A stretch of DNA of 64,000 nucleotides, taken from Dehalococcoidia bacterium. GTDB lineage: Bacteria; Chloroflexota; Dehalococcoidia; Lucifugimonadales; Australimonadaceae. Positions 33,838 to 43,233 of this stretch are shown piece after piece (position 1 is the first letter of the stretch; each line of letters begins with the position of its first letter). The DNA lies in the NCBI GenBank assembly GCA_965248455.1, contig OZ252105.1, positions 2,682,722 through 2,746,721 of the forward strand, in the 5' to 3' direction. The position numbers were made by a program, and so were the translations under genes. The notes beneath the pieces were generated by a model, which ran no database searches, was not told where the DNA came from, and saw only the letters and a list, made by a program, of their open reading frames with translations.

Positions 33838-35004
33838 ATGCTTTCAAGTACTTTTGCGATTAGCGCTAGTTCGTTCTCCCGTCTGTATGTCCCTCAGGGC
33901 AAGTCGGGAAATCTCCGACGCTACTACTGTGTTGTTCCGATCCAGCAGATTCCAGACGCTTGGAAGGCTTGGCTAGAGATCAACGCTCGGGAATCTACTG
34001 ATAAGGGTAAAGTGCCCAATGCTATTCGGCAAACCCTGATAGATAACCCTGAATGGTTTGCTGAGTATAACCGTGGGTTGACGGTGGTTGCGTCCTCAGT
34101 TTCATGGGACAACCGGAGCAATGTAGTGACCCTGGAATTCAAGGATCGCCAATATAACGGCGTGTTGGATGGCGGTCACACACTACAGGCAATTCTGGAT
34201 CAACGGGAAGATGTCGTTGCAGAGGGAGGCTTGCAAGAAGGTTACTGCAACCTCGAAATCTTTACCGGACTCGAACAAGACTCCATCCCTAGCGTAGTAG
34301 AGGCTCGAAACACGTCCAAACAGGTGGCTTCCAAGAGTCTGATGAACCTGGACGGGAAGTTCGACCAGTTCAGGGATGCGATTGGAGAGAAAAAAGCGGA
34401 CAAGATAAGCTGGAAAGAGAACGACGAAGGCATTATGGATGTCAGGGAGTTCATCGCCATGCTAACTGCCTTGGACGCTGATTCGTATAGCGATAGCAAC
34501 CATCCCATCACAGCCTACTCCGGTAAGGAAACTTGCCTGAAGCAGTTTGCTTCCAATAGACCTTCCTATGTGAAACTGCTTGAAATCGCCCCTGACATAC
34601 TTGACATGTGGGACTGGCTACAGTATTGCCTGCCTGATCAGTACAACGAGAAATTCGGTGGGAGATTCGGCGCTCTTTCAGGAATTAAGACCTTGTCTGG
34701 CAAGAGGCAGAAAGACCTACCATTCATTGGCTATAAGACGGGGTACGACATTCCTACGGGGTACCTCTACCCGATACTGGCTTCCTTTCGTGCGATGTTA
34801 GTGGAGGTAGATGGACGTTGGGGCTGGGGAAAGGGACTGGATCCCCTGTCTCTGATTCAGGACGGGCTGGCAGGTGACATATTCCTGAAGTCTATTCGAG
34901 ACTCCATCAACAACTACCGCAATCCCAATCGGACTGGGAAGGATGCCCAAGCATGGACCGCCGCGTATCAAGCTGCGGAGATCTACTACTTGAAGCAGAA
35001 CTGA
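33838..35004 (+). CDS. ParB-like/DGQHR-like (AIPR- or DndB/DUF262-like) defence-associated protein candidate, in a low-GC island
   Basis: 388 aa. NGVLDGGHTLQAILD resembles the DGQ(H/Q)R / NGxQT nuclease-fold motif. Codon usage is visibly AT-richer than the neighbours. The family call is recollection-based. Confidence 0.4.
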   Translation: MLSSTFAISASSFSRLYVPQGKSGNLRRYYCVVPIQQIPDAWKAWLEINARESTDKGKVPNAIRQTLIDNPEWFAEYNRGLTVVASSVSWDNRSNVVTLEFKDRQYNGVLDGGHTLQAILDQREDVVAEGGLQEGYCNLEIFTGLEQDSIPSVVEARNTSKQVASKSLMNLDGKFDQFRDAIGEKKADKISWKENDEGIMDVREFIAMLTALDADSYSDSNHPITAYSGKETCLKQFASNRPSYVKLLEIAPDILDMWDWLQYCLPDQYNEKFGGRFGALSGIKTLSGKRQKDLPFIGYKTGYDIPTGYLYPILASFRAMLVEVDGRWGWGKGLDPLSLIQDGLAGDIFLKSIRDSINNYRNPNRTGKDAQAWTAAYQAAEIYYLKQN

Positions 35005-35299
35005 TAGTGCGACGACGCGATACATCGCAATGATGGATCATTCAAGCCCCGGGTTCAACGGTTCCGTATCCTTTGATACTAACGTTGGCCCGGGGCTTGC
35101 ATCTGAGCCCGAACCAAATAGTCGTAGTGTTCGGGCCGTATGAAGATAGGGCGACTGCCAAGGCGGCAGCTACGGGAAAGGCCTATGTGAAGGAGTGCGG
35201 GCACTGCCTCGGCTGAGAGCGACGCGCTAGCGAGTGCGGCGTCTCGCGTTTGGCGCTCTGCCGCTCGTGGGTCTGCGTCGCGGCGGAGCGCCTACGTTC

Positions 35300-35660
35300 A
35301 ACGTTACAGCCGGTGGGACAGGGGCAGGGATACGAGGTTCGCTGGGTTCATAAACGAAGCGCAACACCAGATTAAGGTGTTGCCATGGGATACACACATG
35401 TCACCATTGAGAACGGTGTGAGATTGCCCGCCTACGTGCCGCGGCGTCGGGGTGTGCGCTGTCGCGCACCTGGATGCCAGCCTTCGCTGGCATGACGGAA
35501 GGGCACTACCCCGTTCCGCCGTGCCGTTACCGGTGGGGGAACCCCCGCTACACTCTCGGACAGGGGATGCGAGGTTCCCGCCTGCGCGGGAACGACGGTG
35601 GGCGCACACCCCGCCCCCTCACCGTCATCCTAGCCTTCTCCCCTCAAGGGAGAAGGGACC
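35300..35660. repeat. cluster of the same palindromic units
   Basis: GACAGGGGCAGGGATACGAGGTTC (about 35313-45), CCTGGATGCCAGCCTTCGCTGGCATGACGG (35466-35505), GGGGATGCGAGGTTCCCGCCTGCGCGGGAACGACGG (35558-35600), TCATCCTAGCCTTCTCCCCTCAAGGGAGAAGGGACC (35606-55). Confidence 0.8.
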
Positions 35661-35743
35661 TGTCCTTGACCTATGCGGCTGTAAATCCTACGATGCGGGT
35701 GCTTGCCGCGAGGGACGCGGGGGGCCGAAAGGACGGCGTTGCG

Positions 35744-36952
35744 ATGCCAGAGGAGAACGTTCGGGCAGATAGGTTGGGCGGCACCGCCCGCAGGCGTAAC
35801 GCGAACATCCGCGAGGCGCCCACCGGCGCGGTATCTGAATACAAATATATCTCGGCGGATAACCACATAGACCTGGTCTGGTATCCGCGGGACATCATCC
35901 AGTCCCGCATCGCCGCGAAGCACCGAGAGGCTGCGCCCAAGGTCGTAGAGTCGGACAAGGGCACGGCCTGGCAGTGGGAAGGCGACATCCATGCCTTCGC
36001 CGCGGACGGCAAGGACTGGGCGAAGTATGCCAAGCGCTTCGATCCGATCGTGGTCGAGGAGGGCACGCTGCCCCCGGCCGACCCTCAGACGCTGATAGAG
36101 CATATGGACATCGGCGAGTTCTATGCAGGCGTGTTCTACGGCAACACGCGCAAGTGGACGTTCAAGGACAAGGATCTGGAGAAGGCGGTCTATAGCGCGT
36201 TCAACGATTGGGCGCTGGAAGTGTGCGCTCATTCGCCGGACCGGCTGCTGGTGCTGCCGTGGCTGCACGCCGCGTTCCCCGAAACGTGCGTGGACGAGCT
36301 GTACCGTCTCGTCGATAAGGGCGTTCGTGCCGTCGAGCTGAGTCCGAACGACATGGCGGAGGGCGTCTGGTCGCCGGTGTGGGAGCCGCTATGGGCCGCC
36401 GCCGAAGAGACGGGCACGGTGATCTGCACGCACATCGGCGACGCGGCAGGGACGCCGTATCCGCCGAACGAGCACGGGCAGTCACTGGCGCACTTCTCGC
36501 AGGTGCCCTTCAACCCTGCGGGGAAGCACATTGCGCAGTTCGTTTTCAACGGCATGTTCGACCGACACCCCAACCTCCACGTCTCAATGGCGGAGTGCCG
36601 CATCGGCTGGCTGCCGTTCCTGTTCCAGTGGATGGAGCGATGCTATGCCGACCGCGCGCCGGACTCCATCCATCAGTTGAAGGAGTCGCCGCTGCACTAT
36701 CTGAAGAACAACATGAGCTTCACGTTCGAGGAGGATTACATCGGGGCGAAGATGATTCCAGACCCCGAGTTCCTCATACGGGACAGCGTTGTCTGGGGTT
36801 GCGACTACCCTCACGAGCAGGGTCAGACGTGGCCGGACGCCACGCCCGCTATGGAGCGCATGTTCACCGGAACCGATCCCGACCTGGTGCATGAGGTCGT
36901 TTGGGCGCGCGCCCAGCGCATCTTCGGTATCCAGGGACCGGATCAGAATTAG
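35744..36952 (+). CDS. amidohydrolase-2 family (ACMSD-like) metal-dependent hydrolase
   Basis: ORF 35474..36952, whose 5' part is repeat sequence. Start at ATG 35744 (35693 also possible). YISADNHID (HxD/H metal site), WGCDYPHEQ near the C-terminus. Confidence 0.8.
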   Translation: MPEENVRADRLGGTARRRNANIREAPTGAVSEYKYISADNHIDLVWYPRDIIQSRIAAKHREAAPKVVESDKGTAWQWEGDIHAFAADGKDWAKYAKRFDPIVVEEGTLPPADPQTLIEHMDIGEFYAGVFYGNTRKWTFKDKDLEKAVYSAFNDWALEVCAHSPDRLLVLPWLHAAFPETCVDELYRLVDKGVRAVELSPNDMAEGVWSPVWEPLWAAAEETGTVICTHIGDAAGTPYPPNEHGQSLAHFSQVPFNPAGKHIAQFVFNGMFDRHPNLHVSMAECRIGWLPFLFQWMERCYADRAPDSIHQLKESPLHYLKNNMSFTFEEDYIGAKMIPDPEFLIRDSVVWGCDYPHEQGQTWPDATPAMERMFTGTDPDLVHEVVWARAQRIFGIQGPDQN

Positions 36953-36954
36953 CC

Positions 36955-38130
36955 ATGGCTGAGAATCGCTACACGAGAGAGATTCTGCTGGCTGACGAGC
37001 GGAACCGGCACATGGCCGCCGTGCTCCGCTATGGGCCGTACGTTTTCCTCTCCAGTTCCGACGGCTACCGCGACATCCAGACGGAGCAGGTGGACACGGA
37101 GTTGGACGGTCAGGCCATAGCGCAGTGCAACAACGCCTATGGCCGGCAAGCTCTGCGGCTGGAGAAGGTTGGCTACGGGGGAGACGCCGCCGTTTGGATA
37201 GAGAACTTCACGTCCGGCCAGTCGTGGCGCCTCGAGCGTATGGCGACGTGGCCGGATCACTTCGGCGAGGAGGGGCACAAGCTGGCGGTGAGTTTCGGCG
37301 CGCAGTGCAAGATGGCCGGCGTCAATATGCTCACCGCCGTCGTGATGGCGATGACGCCTGATCTCGAACGGCAGGTGTTCGTGCATCAGCCGCATCGCGG
37401 ACGCGCCTCCCGCATCACCCGCTGCGGCGACTTCACCTACGTCATCGGCGTACGCGGACGCTCCAACCCGTTCACCGAGGAAGAGGCGGCAGAGGAAGTG
37501 CCGGAGCAGTTCGACACGGAGCTCTTCTACACGTACGAATGGCTACGCTCGCACCTGGAAAAGGGGGGCGGCAGCCTGGACGACCTAGTGCGCACCGATT
37601 GCGCGCTGAAGCGAGTCAAGGACGTAGACCGCTACTACGCCTGGCTGAAGGGGCGGTTCGATGGGAAGGTTCCGTTCGCTGCCTACTCCGCGGGGACGCT
37701 CCTCGGAGGGCGCGGGCTGCTGGAGATAGGCGGCGTTGCGATCAACCCGGGCGGGCAGAAGGAGACGGCGTGGCTGTCAGAGGATCCAGATCGCGCGCAG
37801 GCCGTTCGAGCGAATGGCCTCGTCTTCGCGTCCGGTGCTTCGGGACTCGCCGACGAACGGACGGGCGCCGTGAAGCAGGAGCTGTACGGCGATAGCGCGG
37901 GGCAGACTCGTCAGGCTCTGCGCCGTCTGGAGGCGGCGCTCAACCGATTCGATACGTCGTTGGAGAACGTCCTTCGCCTCGACGTGTTCCTTGACGACAT
38001 CTACTTCGAGGACGAGTTCATCGCGATAGCCAGTGAGTACTTCGGCGCGGAGCCGCCCACGATGAACATCATCGGCGTCGATCTCGAGCACAATGCGGAG
38101 GTTGAACTCTCCTGCATCGCGGGGGCGTAG
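36955..38130 (+). CDS. triple-tandem RidA/YjgF/L-PSP-like domain protein
   Basis: 391 aa, about 3 x 130 aa. The C-terminal third is a clear RidA domain (VRANGLVFASGASG...NVLRLDVFLDD...VELSCIAGA). Segments 1 and 2 show the same spacing (YGPYVFLSSSDGY...; CGDFTYVIGVRG...LLEIGGVAI). Confidence 0.65.
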   Translation: MAENRYTREILLADERNRHMAAVLRYGPYVFLSSSDGYRDIQTEQVDTELDGQAIAQCNNAYGRQALRLEKVGYGGDAAVWIENFTSGQSWRLERMATWPDHFGEEGHKLAVSFGAQCKMAGVNMLTAVVMAMTPDLERQVFVHQPHRGRASRITRCGDFTYVIGVRGRSNPFTEEEAAEEVPEQFDTELFYTYEWLRSHLEKGGGSLDDLVRTDCALKRVKDVDRYYAWLKGRFDGKVPFAAYSAGTLLGGRGLLEIGGVAINPGGQKETAWLSEDPDRAQAVRANGLVFASGASGLADERTGAVKQELYGDSAGQTRQALRRLEAALNRFDTSLENVLRLDVFLDDIYFEDEFIAIASEYFGAEPPTMNIIGVDLEHNAEVELSCIAGA

Positions 38131-38133
38131 CGT

Positions 38134-38655
38134 ATGACACAGGCTGAACCAGTCGCGCAGGGAGTCTCCGCTGAGGCTATCGTTGGCGAGATTCGACGCC
38201 TCGGCATCGATCACGTCATCTGCATACCGGACTCGTATCAGAAGACGCTGATCGCCCGGCTGCAGGACGACCCCGGCATCCGGTTCATCACCGCCTGCAC
38301 GGAAGACGAGGCGATGGGGATCAACGCCGGCCTCTATATCGGCGGGAAGAACCCGATGCTCGTTATCCAGAACAACGGCATCTTTGCGTCCATCAACACC
38401 ATCAAGGCGATACCGCTGGACGCGAAGATTCCAACGTTCATCTTCGTTGGGCAGTATCAGCGCGACCTGATGCTGCCGATCGAGGAGAGCAAATCCCGGG
38501 CAGTGCGTATGGTCGAGCCGACGCTGGAGGTCTGGGGCGTACCGAGTTACCGGCTGGAAGGTTCCGACGACCTGGGCAACATCGAGAAGGCGTATCGTCA
38601 TGCTCACGAGACGCTCGGCCCCGCCGCACTCATCGTAGGAGCGCCGACGCTGTAA
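38134..38655 (+). CDS. TPP-dependent 2-oxoacid decarboxylase, alpha (N-terminal PYR) subunit (sulfopyruvate/phosphonopyruvate decarboxylase-like)
   Basis: 173 aa; IDHVICIPDS...TACTEDEAMGINAGLYIGG typical of the split ComD-type subunit. Confidence 0.7.
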   Translation: MTQAEPVAQGVSAEAIVGEIRRLGIDHVICIPDSYQKTLIARLQDDPGIRFITACTEDEAMGINAGLYIGGKNPMLVIQNNGIFASINTIKAIPLDAKIPTFIFVGQYQRDLMLPIEESKSRAVRMVEPTLEVWGVPSYRLEGSDDLGNIEKAYRHAHETLGPAALIVGAPTL

Positions 38656-38658
38656 GCC

Positions 38659-39222
38659 ATGGAACGCAACGAGGCAATAGACATCCTTGCGGAGGGGCGC
38701 GGCGGCGCGGTCTCCGTCGTGACGATGCAGTCAGTTTACCCGTGGCATCAGGCCGGACAGGGCGAGATATTCCACATCGACGCTTCGCAGTGCATGGGCA
38801 GTGCGTCGTCCATCGGGCTGGGGCTCGCGGTGGCGCGTTCCGATAAGAAGGTGATGGTGCTGGACGGCGACGGCAGCCTGCTGATGCAACTCGGCTCGCT
38901 CGTCACCATCGCGGGGCAAGCGCCTGCGAACTTCTACCATTTCGTGTTCGCGAATGGCCTGCATCAGAGCACCGGCAATCAGCAGTTGCCCGCAGCCGGG
39001 CGGTTCGATTGGGTAGCGTTGGCGAAGGCGGCAGGCTACGCGGATGCGCTGAAGATCGAGGCTGCCGAGGATCTGCTGGAGCGTCTGCCCCGGATATTGG
39101 CGATGGACGGGCCGGTGCTCATCGAACTGACGATCGAGCGTGAGGATCGGGACCCGCTCTGGGCAGGCGTACCAATGGCCAAGCAGTCGGCGATGCTGAG
39201 AGAGCAGTTGGGGGCCGCATGA
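38659..39222 (+). CDS. TPP-dependent 2-oxoacid decarboxylase, beta (PP-binding) subunit
   Basis: 187 aa; TPP motif GSASSIGLGLA...VLDGDGSLLMQLGSLVT (GDGx24-27N-like). Confidence 0.7.
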   Translation: MERNEAIDILAEGRGGAVSVVTMQSVYPWHQAGQGEIFHIDASQCMGSASSIGLGLAVARSDKKVMVLDGDGSLLMQLGSLVTIAGQAPANFYHFVFANGLHQSTGNQQLPAAGRFDWVALAKAAGYADALKIEAAEDLLERLPRILAMDGPVLIELTIEREDRDPLWAGVPMAKQSAMLREQLGAA

Positions 39223-40640
39223 GCGACGCAGCCTTCTGGCGGATCTCCGCCACCGAACTTCTCGATGGCTACCGCAGGCGCGACTTCTCGCCCGTCGAGG
39301 TGACGCGCGAGGTGTTCGACCGCATCGCCGCGCTCAACCCGAAACTCAACGCGTTCCTTGCTCTGAACACGGACGATGCGATGGAAGCGGCGCGCACTGC
39401 GGAGGCGGCATGGCTCGGCTCCGGGGAGCGGGGCATGCTCTGCGGCGTGCCGATATCGCTGAAGGACAGCATAGAGATGGTGGGCCATCCGACGACGTAC
39501 GGCTCCAAAGCGTTCGTCGACAATCGCCAGCCTGACTCGGAGATCGCGCGGCGCATCCGGCGCGAGGGCGGCATCCTGATCGGCAAGACGAACCTTCCTG
39601 AGTTCGCGCTGCATGGCGCGGTGGACAATCGCATCAGTCCCGCCGGACGCAACCCCTGGAATCTCGACCATACGTGCGGCGGGTCCAGCGGCGGCGCGGG
39701 CTCGCAGGTTGCGGCGGGGTTGGGCCCGCTCGCCATCGGCACGGACTCCGGCGGATCGGTGCGCATGCCCGCGGCGCTCAACGGCATCTTCGCGATCAAG
39801 CCCACGTATCAGCGCATGCCGTCGGTGCAGACGTGGCGCGCGGCCCCCGGCCGCTCTCACAACGGCCCCATGACGCGAACGGTGCGCGATAGCGCATTGA
39901 TCCTGCAGGCGCTGGCGGGGTACGACCCTCGCGACGCGGAATCGAACCTTGCGCCGGTGACCGATTACTTCGCGTTCGCCTCGCCGAACCCGCGTGGGCT
40001 GCGCGTCGCGGTGAGCTACGACTTCGGCAGGGGCTTCGCGATGGACAGCGAGGCACTGGCGCTCGTGCGGGAGATGGCGCGCTTCTTCGAGGACGCGGGC
40101 TGCATCGTGGTCGAGGCGGATCCGCCAACGATCGACGAGCCGGAGGAGCTGGAGCCGGGCGTCTGGGCGTACTCAGGCGACCACTACGCCGCCGCCGAAG
40201 CGATGATTCCGGGATTCCTGGAGAAGCACCTCGACGATCTGAGCGACGTCGCTCGGCCTGTGTACGAGGCGGGGCCGCACGCGAAGGCATGGCAGTCCCG
40301 CCGCATCGTACGTCGCAATCGGGCCTACGGTCTGCGCGTGCAGGAGTGGTTCCGCGACTATGATTTCCTCCTGAGCCCGGAGATGGGCCCGGCGCAGCGC
40401 ATAGACGCGATAGGCCTGCCGGACAGGTCGAGGCCTCCGCAGAGTTTCAACACGCCGTTCAATCACGCGTACAACCCGGCGGCTGCCATACCCGCCGGAT
40501 TCCACTCGAACGGCCTGCCGCTCGCGGTGCAGGTCGTAGGCCGGCTGTACGACGACGTGGGCGTGCTACGGATGGCCGCCGCCATCGAACGCGCACGGCC
40601 CTGGGGCCATCTGTGGCCCGCGTTGGCGGAGGAAGCGTAG
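39219..40640 (+). CDS. amidase-signature family amidase (GatA-like)
   Basis: 473 aa; GGSSGGAGSQVAAGL...GTDSGGSVRMPAA signature. ATGA overlap with the upstream gene. Confidence 0.88.
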   Translation: MSDAAFWRISATELLDGYRRRDFSPVEVTREVFDRIAALNPKLNAFLALNTDDAMEAARTAEAAWLGSGERGMLCGVPISLKDSIEMVGHPTTYGSKAFVDNRQPDSEIARRIRREGGILIGKTNLPEFALHGAVDNRISPAGRNPWNLDHTCGGSSGGAGSQVAAGLGPLAIGTDSGGSVRMPAALNGIFAIKPTYQRMPSVQTWRAAPGRSHNGPMTRTVRDSALILQALAGYDPRDAESNLAPVTDYFAFASPNPRGLRVAVSYDFGRGFAMDSEALALVREMARFFEDAGCIVVEADPPTIDEPEELEPGVWAYSGDHYAAAEAMIPGFLEKHLDDLSDVARPVYEAGPHAKAWQSRRIVRRNRAYGLRVQEWFRDYDFLLSPEMGPAQRIDAIGLPDRSRPPQSFNTPFNHAYNPAAAIPAGFHSNGLPLAVQVVGRLYDDVGVLRMAAAIERARPWGHLWPALAEEA

Positions 40641-40669
40641 GAGGGCTGTCAGTACTCTTCTATGGTCTT

Positions 40670-41296
40670 CTATTCAAACCGTTCGCATAGCCTGTCTGCG
40701 TCCATTTCAGTTATTTCACCGCAATAAGCTCGGAGTACTTTAGGTGTAATATCACCGATTCGTAGAGATTTCCCATGTCTATTTTGCTCATTTTCGCGTA
40801 TTGTCTTTATGGCACTAGGTAAGTAATTCTCATATCGTGTTACAAGTTGAAGGGCTTCTTTGTATCGGTCGTCATTTACAGTTATCATTGGCACACACTT
40901 GCATTGATACCAAGTAGCTAACCCCTCTTCTAAGATATTAGTGGGTCCCCCATCGATAGCACGATTCCAAGGGTCAAGCAAATGAACACATTCATGTGCG
41001 GGCTGCCATTCCGCGATGGCCGGATTACCGATTGCGTTCGCAGCCAGGTGAATGATGATGTGCCTAGACCGGTTCTCAGGATCGTTGTCAGGAATGCCAC
41101 TGTTAAGGAACCAATTCCTCGGCTTACTACCTGGCGTTGCATCGAAATCAATCCCAAGGAGGCTAAATGAATGGTCCCGTCGCCCAAATTTTTTCTCGAT
41201 TTCGGCTAAGTATTTGCTAGCAGAAATTGGAAGTGTGGATGGCAGATATGATCCGTTCGGTTGGCGATATGTAGTAAACTCCATCATATTAACCAT
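40670..41296 (-). CDS. hypothetical HExxH (gluzincin-like) metallopeptidase-domain protein in a low-GC cassette
   Basis: 208 aa; PAHECVHLL followed about 25 aa later by EEGLATWY. Strongly AT-shifted codons relative to the window; AGGAG before the ATG. Confidence 0.7.
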   Translation of the reverse strand: MVNMMEFTTYRQPNGSYLPSTLPISASKYLAEIEKKFGRRDHSFSLLGIDFDATPGSKPRNWFLNSGIPDNDPENRSRHIIIHLAANAIGNPAIAEWQPAHECVHLLDPWNRAIDGGPTNILEEGLATWYQCKCVPMITVNDDRYKEALQLVTRYENYLPSAIKTIRENEQNRHGKSLRIGDITPKVLRAYCGEITEMDADRLCERFE

Positions 41297-41309
41297 GGTT
41301 GCTCCTGAC

Positions 41310-41601
41310 TCACAGCATTAGCTCGATGAAGCCCTTGGGCGCGCCTGCGGCGAGGCCCGAGACGAAAGGTTGGGGCGCCCGCCAGGCCGAGCCGTGGGAT
41401 ATTGGGGAGTGCCAAGTGTCTTCGAACGTCTGTATTCTGAGCGGCGGAGCCCCGCCGCTCGCCTCGCGGAAGAGCACGTTGTAGGTGGCGTTGGAGTTGA
41501 ACGTAGGGGAGGTAGATGAGGTCTACGCTCTCGTCGGGAACGTGCTCGTGGAGGACGGGGATGTTATCGCCGAAGTAGAGTTGGTTCTTCCAGTCAGCCA
41601 T
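41310..41601 (-). pseudogene. N-terminal fragment of an N6/N4 DNA methyltransferase (frameshifted and truncated)
   Basis: MADWKNQLYFGDNIPVLHEHVPDESVDLIYL, then after a frame slip (D)PPFNSNATYNVLFREASGG...IQTFEDTWH. It stops after about 95 codons; the catalytic and SAM motifs of the remainder are absent. Confidence 0.6.
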
Positions 41602-41740
41602 ACACAGCAGGATAGCGAGTGTAGCTGACTGGTGTAAGGGGATGGCGGCATTCAGCCCCGCAGGTACCTCTCGCGGTGCGCTTTGTCGCCTGAGCTTGCC
41701 CGTGCGCCCCCAGAACGCATCTTGTCTCAATGCCGCGGTC

Positions 41741-41834
41741 GAGGAGCCGGAGTTGGGCGTCTGGGCGTACCCAGGCGACCACTACGCTACCGCCGAAGCG
41801 ATGATTCCTGGCTTCCTAGAGAAGCACCTCGATG
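41741..41834 (+). pseudogene. internal fragment of an amidase paralogue
   Basis: EEPELGVWAYPGDHYATAEAMIPGFLEKHLD matches 40140-40235 of the intact amidase gene (EELEPGVWAYSGDHYAAAEAMIPGFLEKHLD). Confidence 0.7.
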
Positions 41835-41866
41835 TTCTCCCAAGAGCAGGTGATTGCTCCCGGGGT

Positions 41867-42856
41867 TTACGTCGGATTCAGGATGACCTTGCCGGTGGCT
41901 TGGTTGTCGGCTATCAGCTTGAACGCGTCAGCGGCGTGTGCGAGCGGTAGGACGCGGTCGATCAGGACGCGGTAGCGCCCCTCGGCGACGCCCTGAATCG
42001 CGGCGCCATAGAAGGCGTCCGGCTGGTCACCCGACCGCAGGCCGCCCATTATCGTGAGGCGGTTGCGGTACAGACGACGGACGTCCACAGGCAGGATGCC
42101 GTCCCCGGCGTGCGTGCCCACGGTGAGGAGACGTCCGCCTGTCGCCATGCTCTCGATGGCCTTCGGCCAGAGGCGAGGGTCTCCGACGTTCTCGAACACC
42201 ACGTCGACGCCTCGTCCCTCCGTGACTGCGAGCACCTCATCCACGAGGTCGCTCTCGCGGTAGTTGATGCCATGGTCGGCGCCCATGCTCATCGCTATCG
42301 AGACGCGCTTGTCAGTCCCAGCTCCCGCGATCACCCTGACCCCCGCCTCCTTGGCCAACTGGATGATGCAGGTGGAGAGCGCACCGGCAGCCCCCATCAC
42401 GAGGACGCTCTCGCCTGCCTGGAGATCCGAGGCGGCGACGATCGAGTGCGCCATTCCAAAATGCCGACGCACAGCGGTCGCCGTGGGGAAGTCGACCCCA
42501 CAGGGGATGAGGCCGGCCCGCGATTCGCGGACTACGACCAGTTCCGCGTACCCGCCGAACGTGGCGAGCGTGGTCGTGCCCGCTACCCGGTCACCGGCCT
42601 TCAGCGACGTGACGCCTTCACCCACAGCCTCGACGACTCCAGACGGGTCCACGCCCGGTATCAGCGGCAGCGTTACGTCCATGCCGGAGGCGCCCGCAAC
42701 GAGTTGCACGTCCAGCGTCGTGTTGACCGAAACGGCGTGTACCCGAATGAGCACTTCACCCGGCCCCGGAGTGGGGTCCGGGACTTCCTCCAGGTGCAGT
42801 TGCTCGGGCCCGCCAAATGCTCTGACGACGATTGCTTTCATACGTCCCCCGCGCAA
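41867..42856 (-). CDS. zinc-type alcohol dehydrogenase/quinone oxidoreductase (MDR family)
   Basis: 329 aa; MKAIVVRAFGGPEQL..., VLVMGAAGALSTCIIQLAK. Confidence 0.85.
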   Translation of the reverse strand: MRGGRMKAIVVRAFGGPEQLHLEEVPDPTPGPGEVLIRVHAVSVNTTLDVQLVAGASGMDVTLPLIPGVDPSGVVEAVGEGVTSLKAGDRVAGTTTLATFGGYAELVVVRESRAGLIPCGVDFPTATAVRRHFGMAHSIVAASDLQAGESVLVMGAAGALSTCIIQLAKEAGVRVIAGAGTDKRVSIAMSMGADHGINYRESDLVDEVLAVTEGRGVDVVFENVGDPRLWPKAIESMATGGRLLTVGTHAGDGILPVDVRRLYRNRLTIMGGLRSGDQPDAFYGAAIQGVAEGRYRVLIDRVLPLAHAADAFKLIADNQATGKVILNPT

Positions 42857-42954
42857 TCGTGTACATCTGTGGTGCCGAGGTCAACCCTCGCCTCCGGCCC
42901 TTCTCTCGATTGATTCGGGCTTAATCAGCTCAACGACGAGTTGGCGTTGGCGGG

Positions 42955-43012
42955 GCTGGAGCGCGCTCGCCTCTGGGGGCATCGCTGGCCGGAGTTGGCG
43001 GAGGAAGGGTAG
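42955..43012 (+). pseudogene. C-terminal fragment of the same amidase paralogue
   Basis: LERARLWGHRWPELAEEG* versus IERARPWGHLWPALAEEA* at 40585-40640. Confidence 0.6.
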
Positions 43013-43015
43013 GGG

Positions 43016-43222
43016 TCAGGCCTCGACGAGGGCGGTGGTGGTTGTGGGCTCAGGGATGGGGTCGCCGTGCTCGCGCATCAGTTCGAGGTGGTAGCAGATG
43101 GCCTCGCGCATAAGCGCCTCGGTCTCTTCGAGCGTGTCGGCAGCGGCGATGCATCCGGGGAGGTCAGGGGCGTATGCTCCGTAGCCGTTGCCCGTTTTTT
43201 CAATGACGATAGCGTACTTCAT
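43016..43222 (-). CDS. hicB: type II toxin-antitoxin system HicB-family antitoxin
   Basis: MKYAIVIEKTGNGYGAYAPDLPGCIAAADTLEE... (68 aa from ATG 43222). Confidence 0.85.
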   Translation of the reverse strand: MKYAIVIEKTGNGYGAYAPDLPGCIAAADTLEETEALMREAICYHLELMREHGDPIPEPTTTTALVEA

Positions 43223-43233
43223 GCGGAGGCTCC

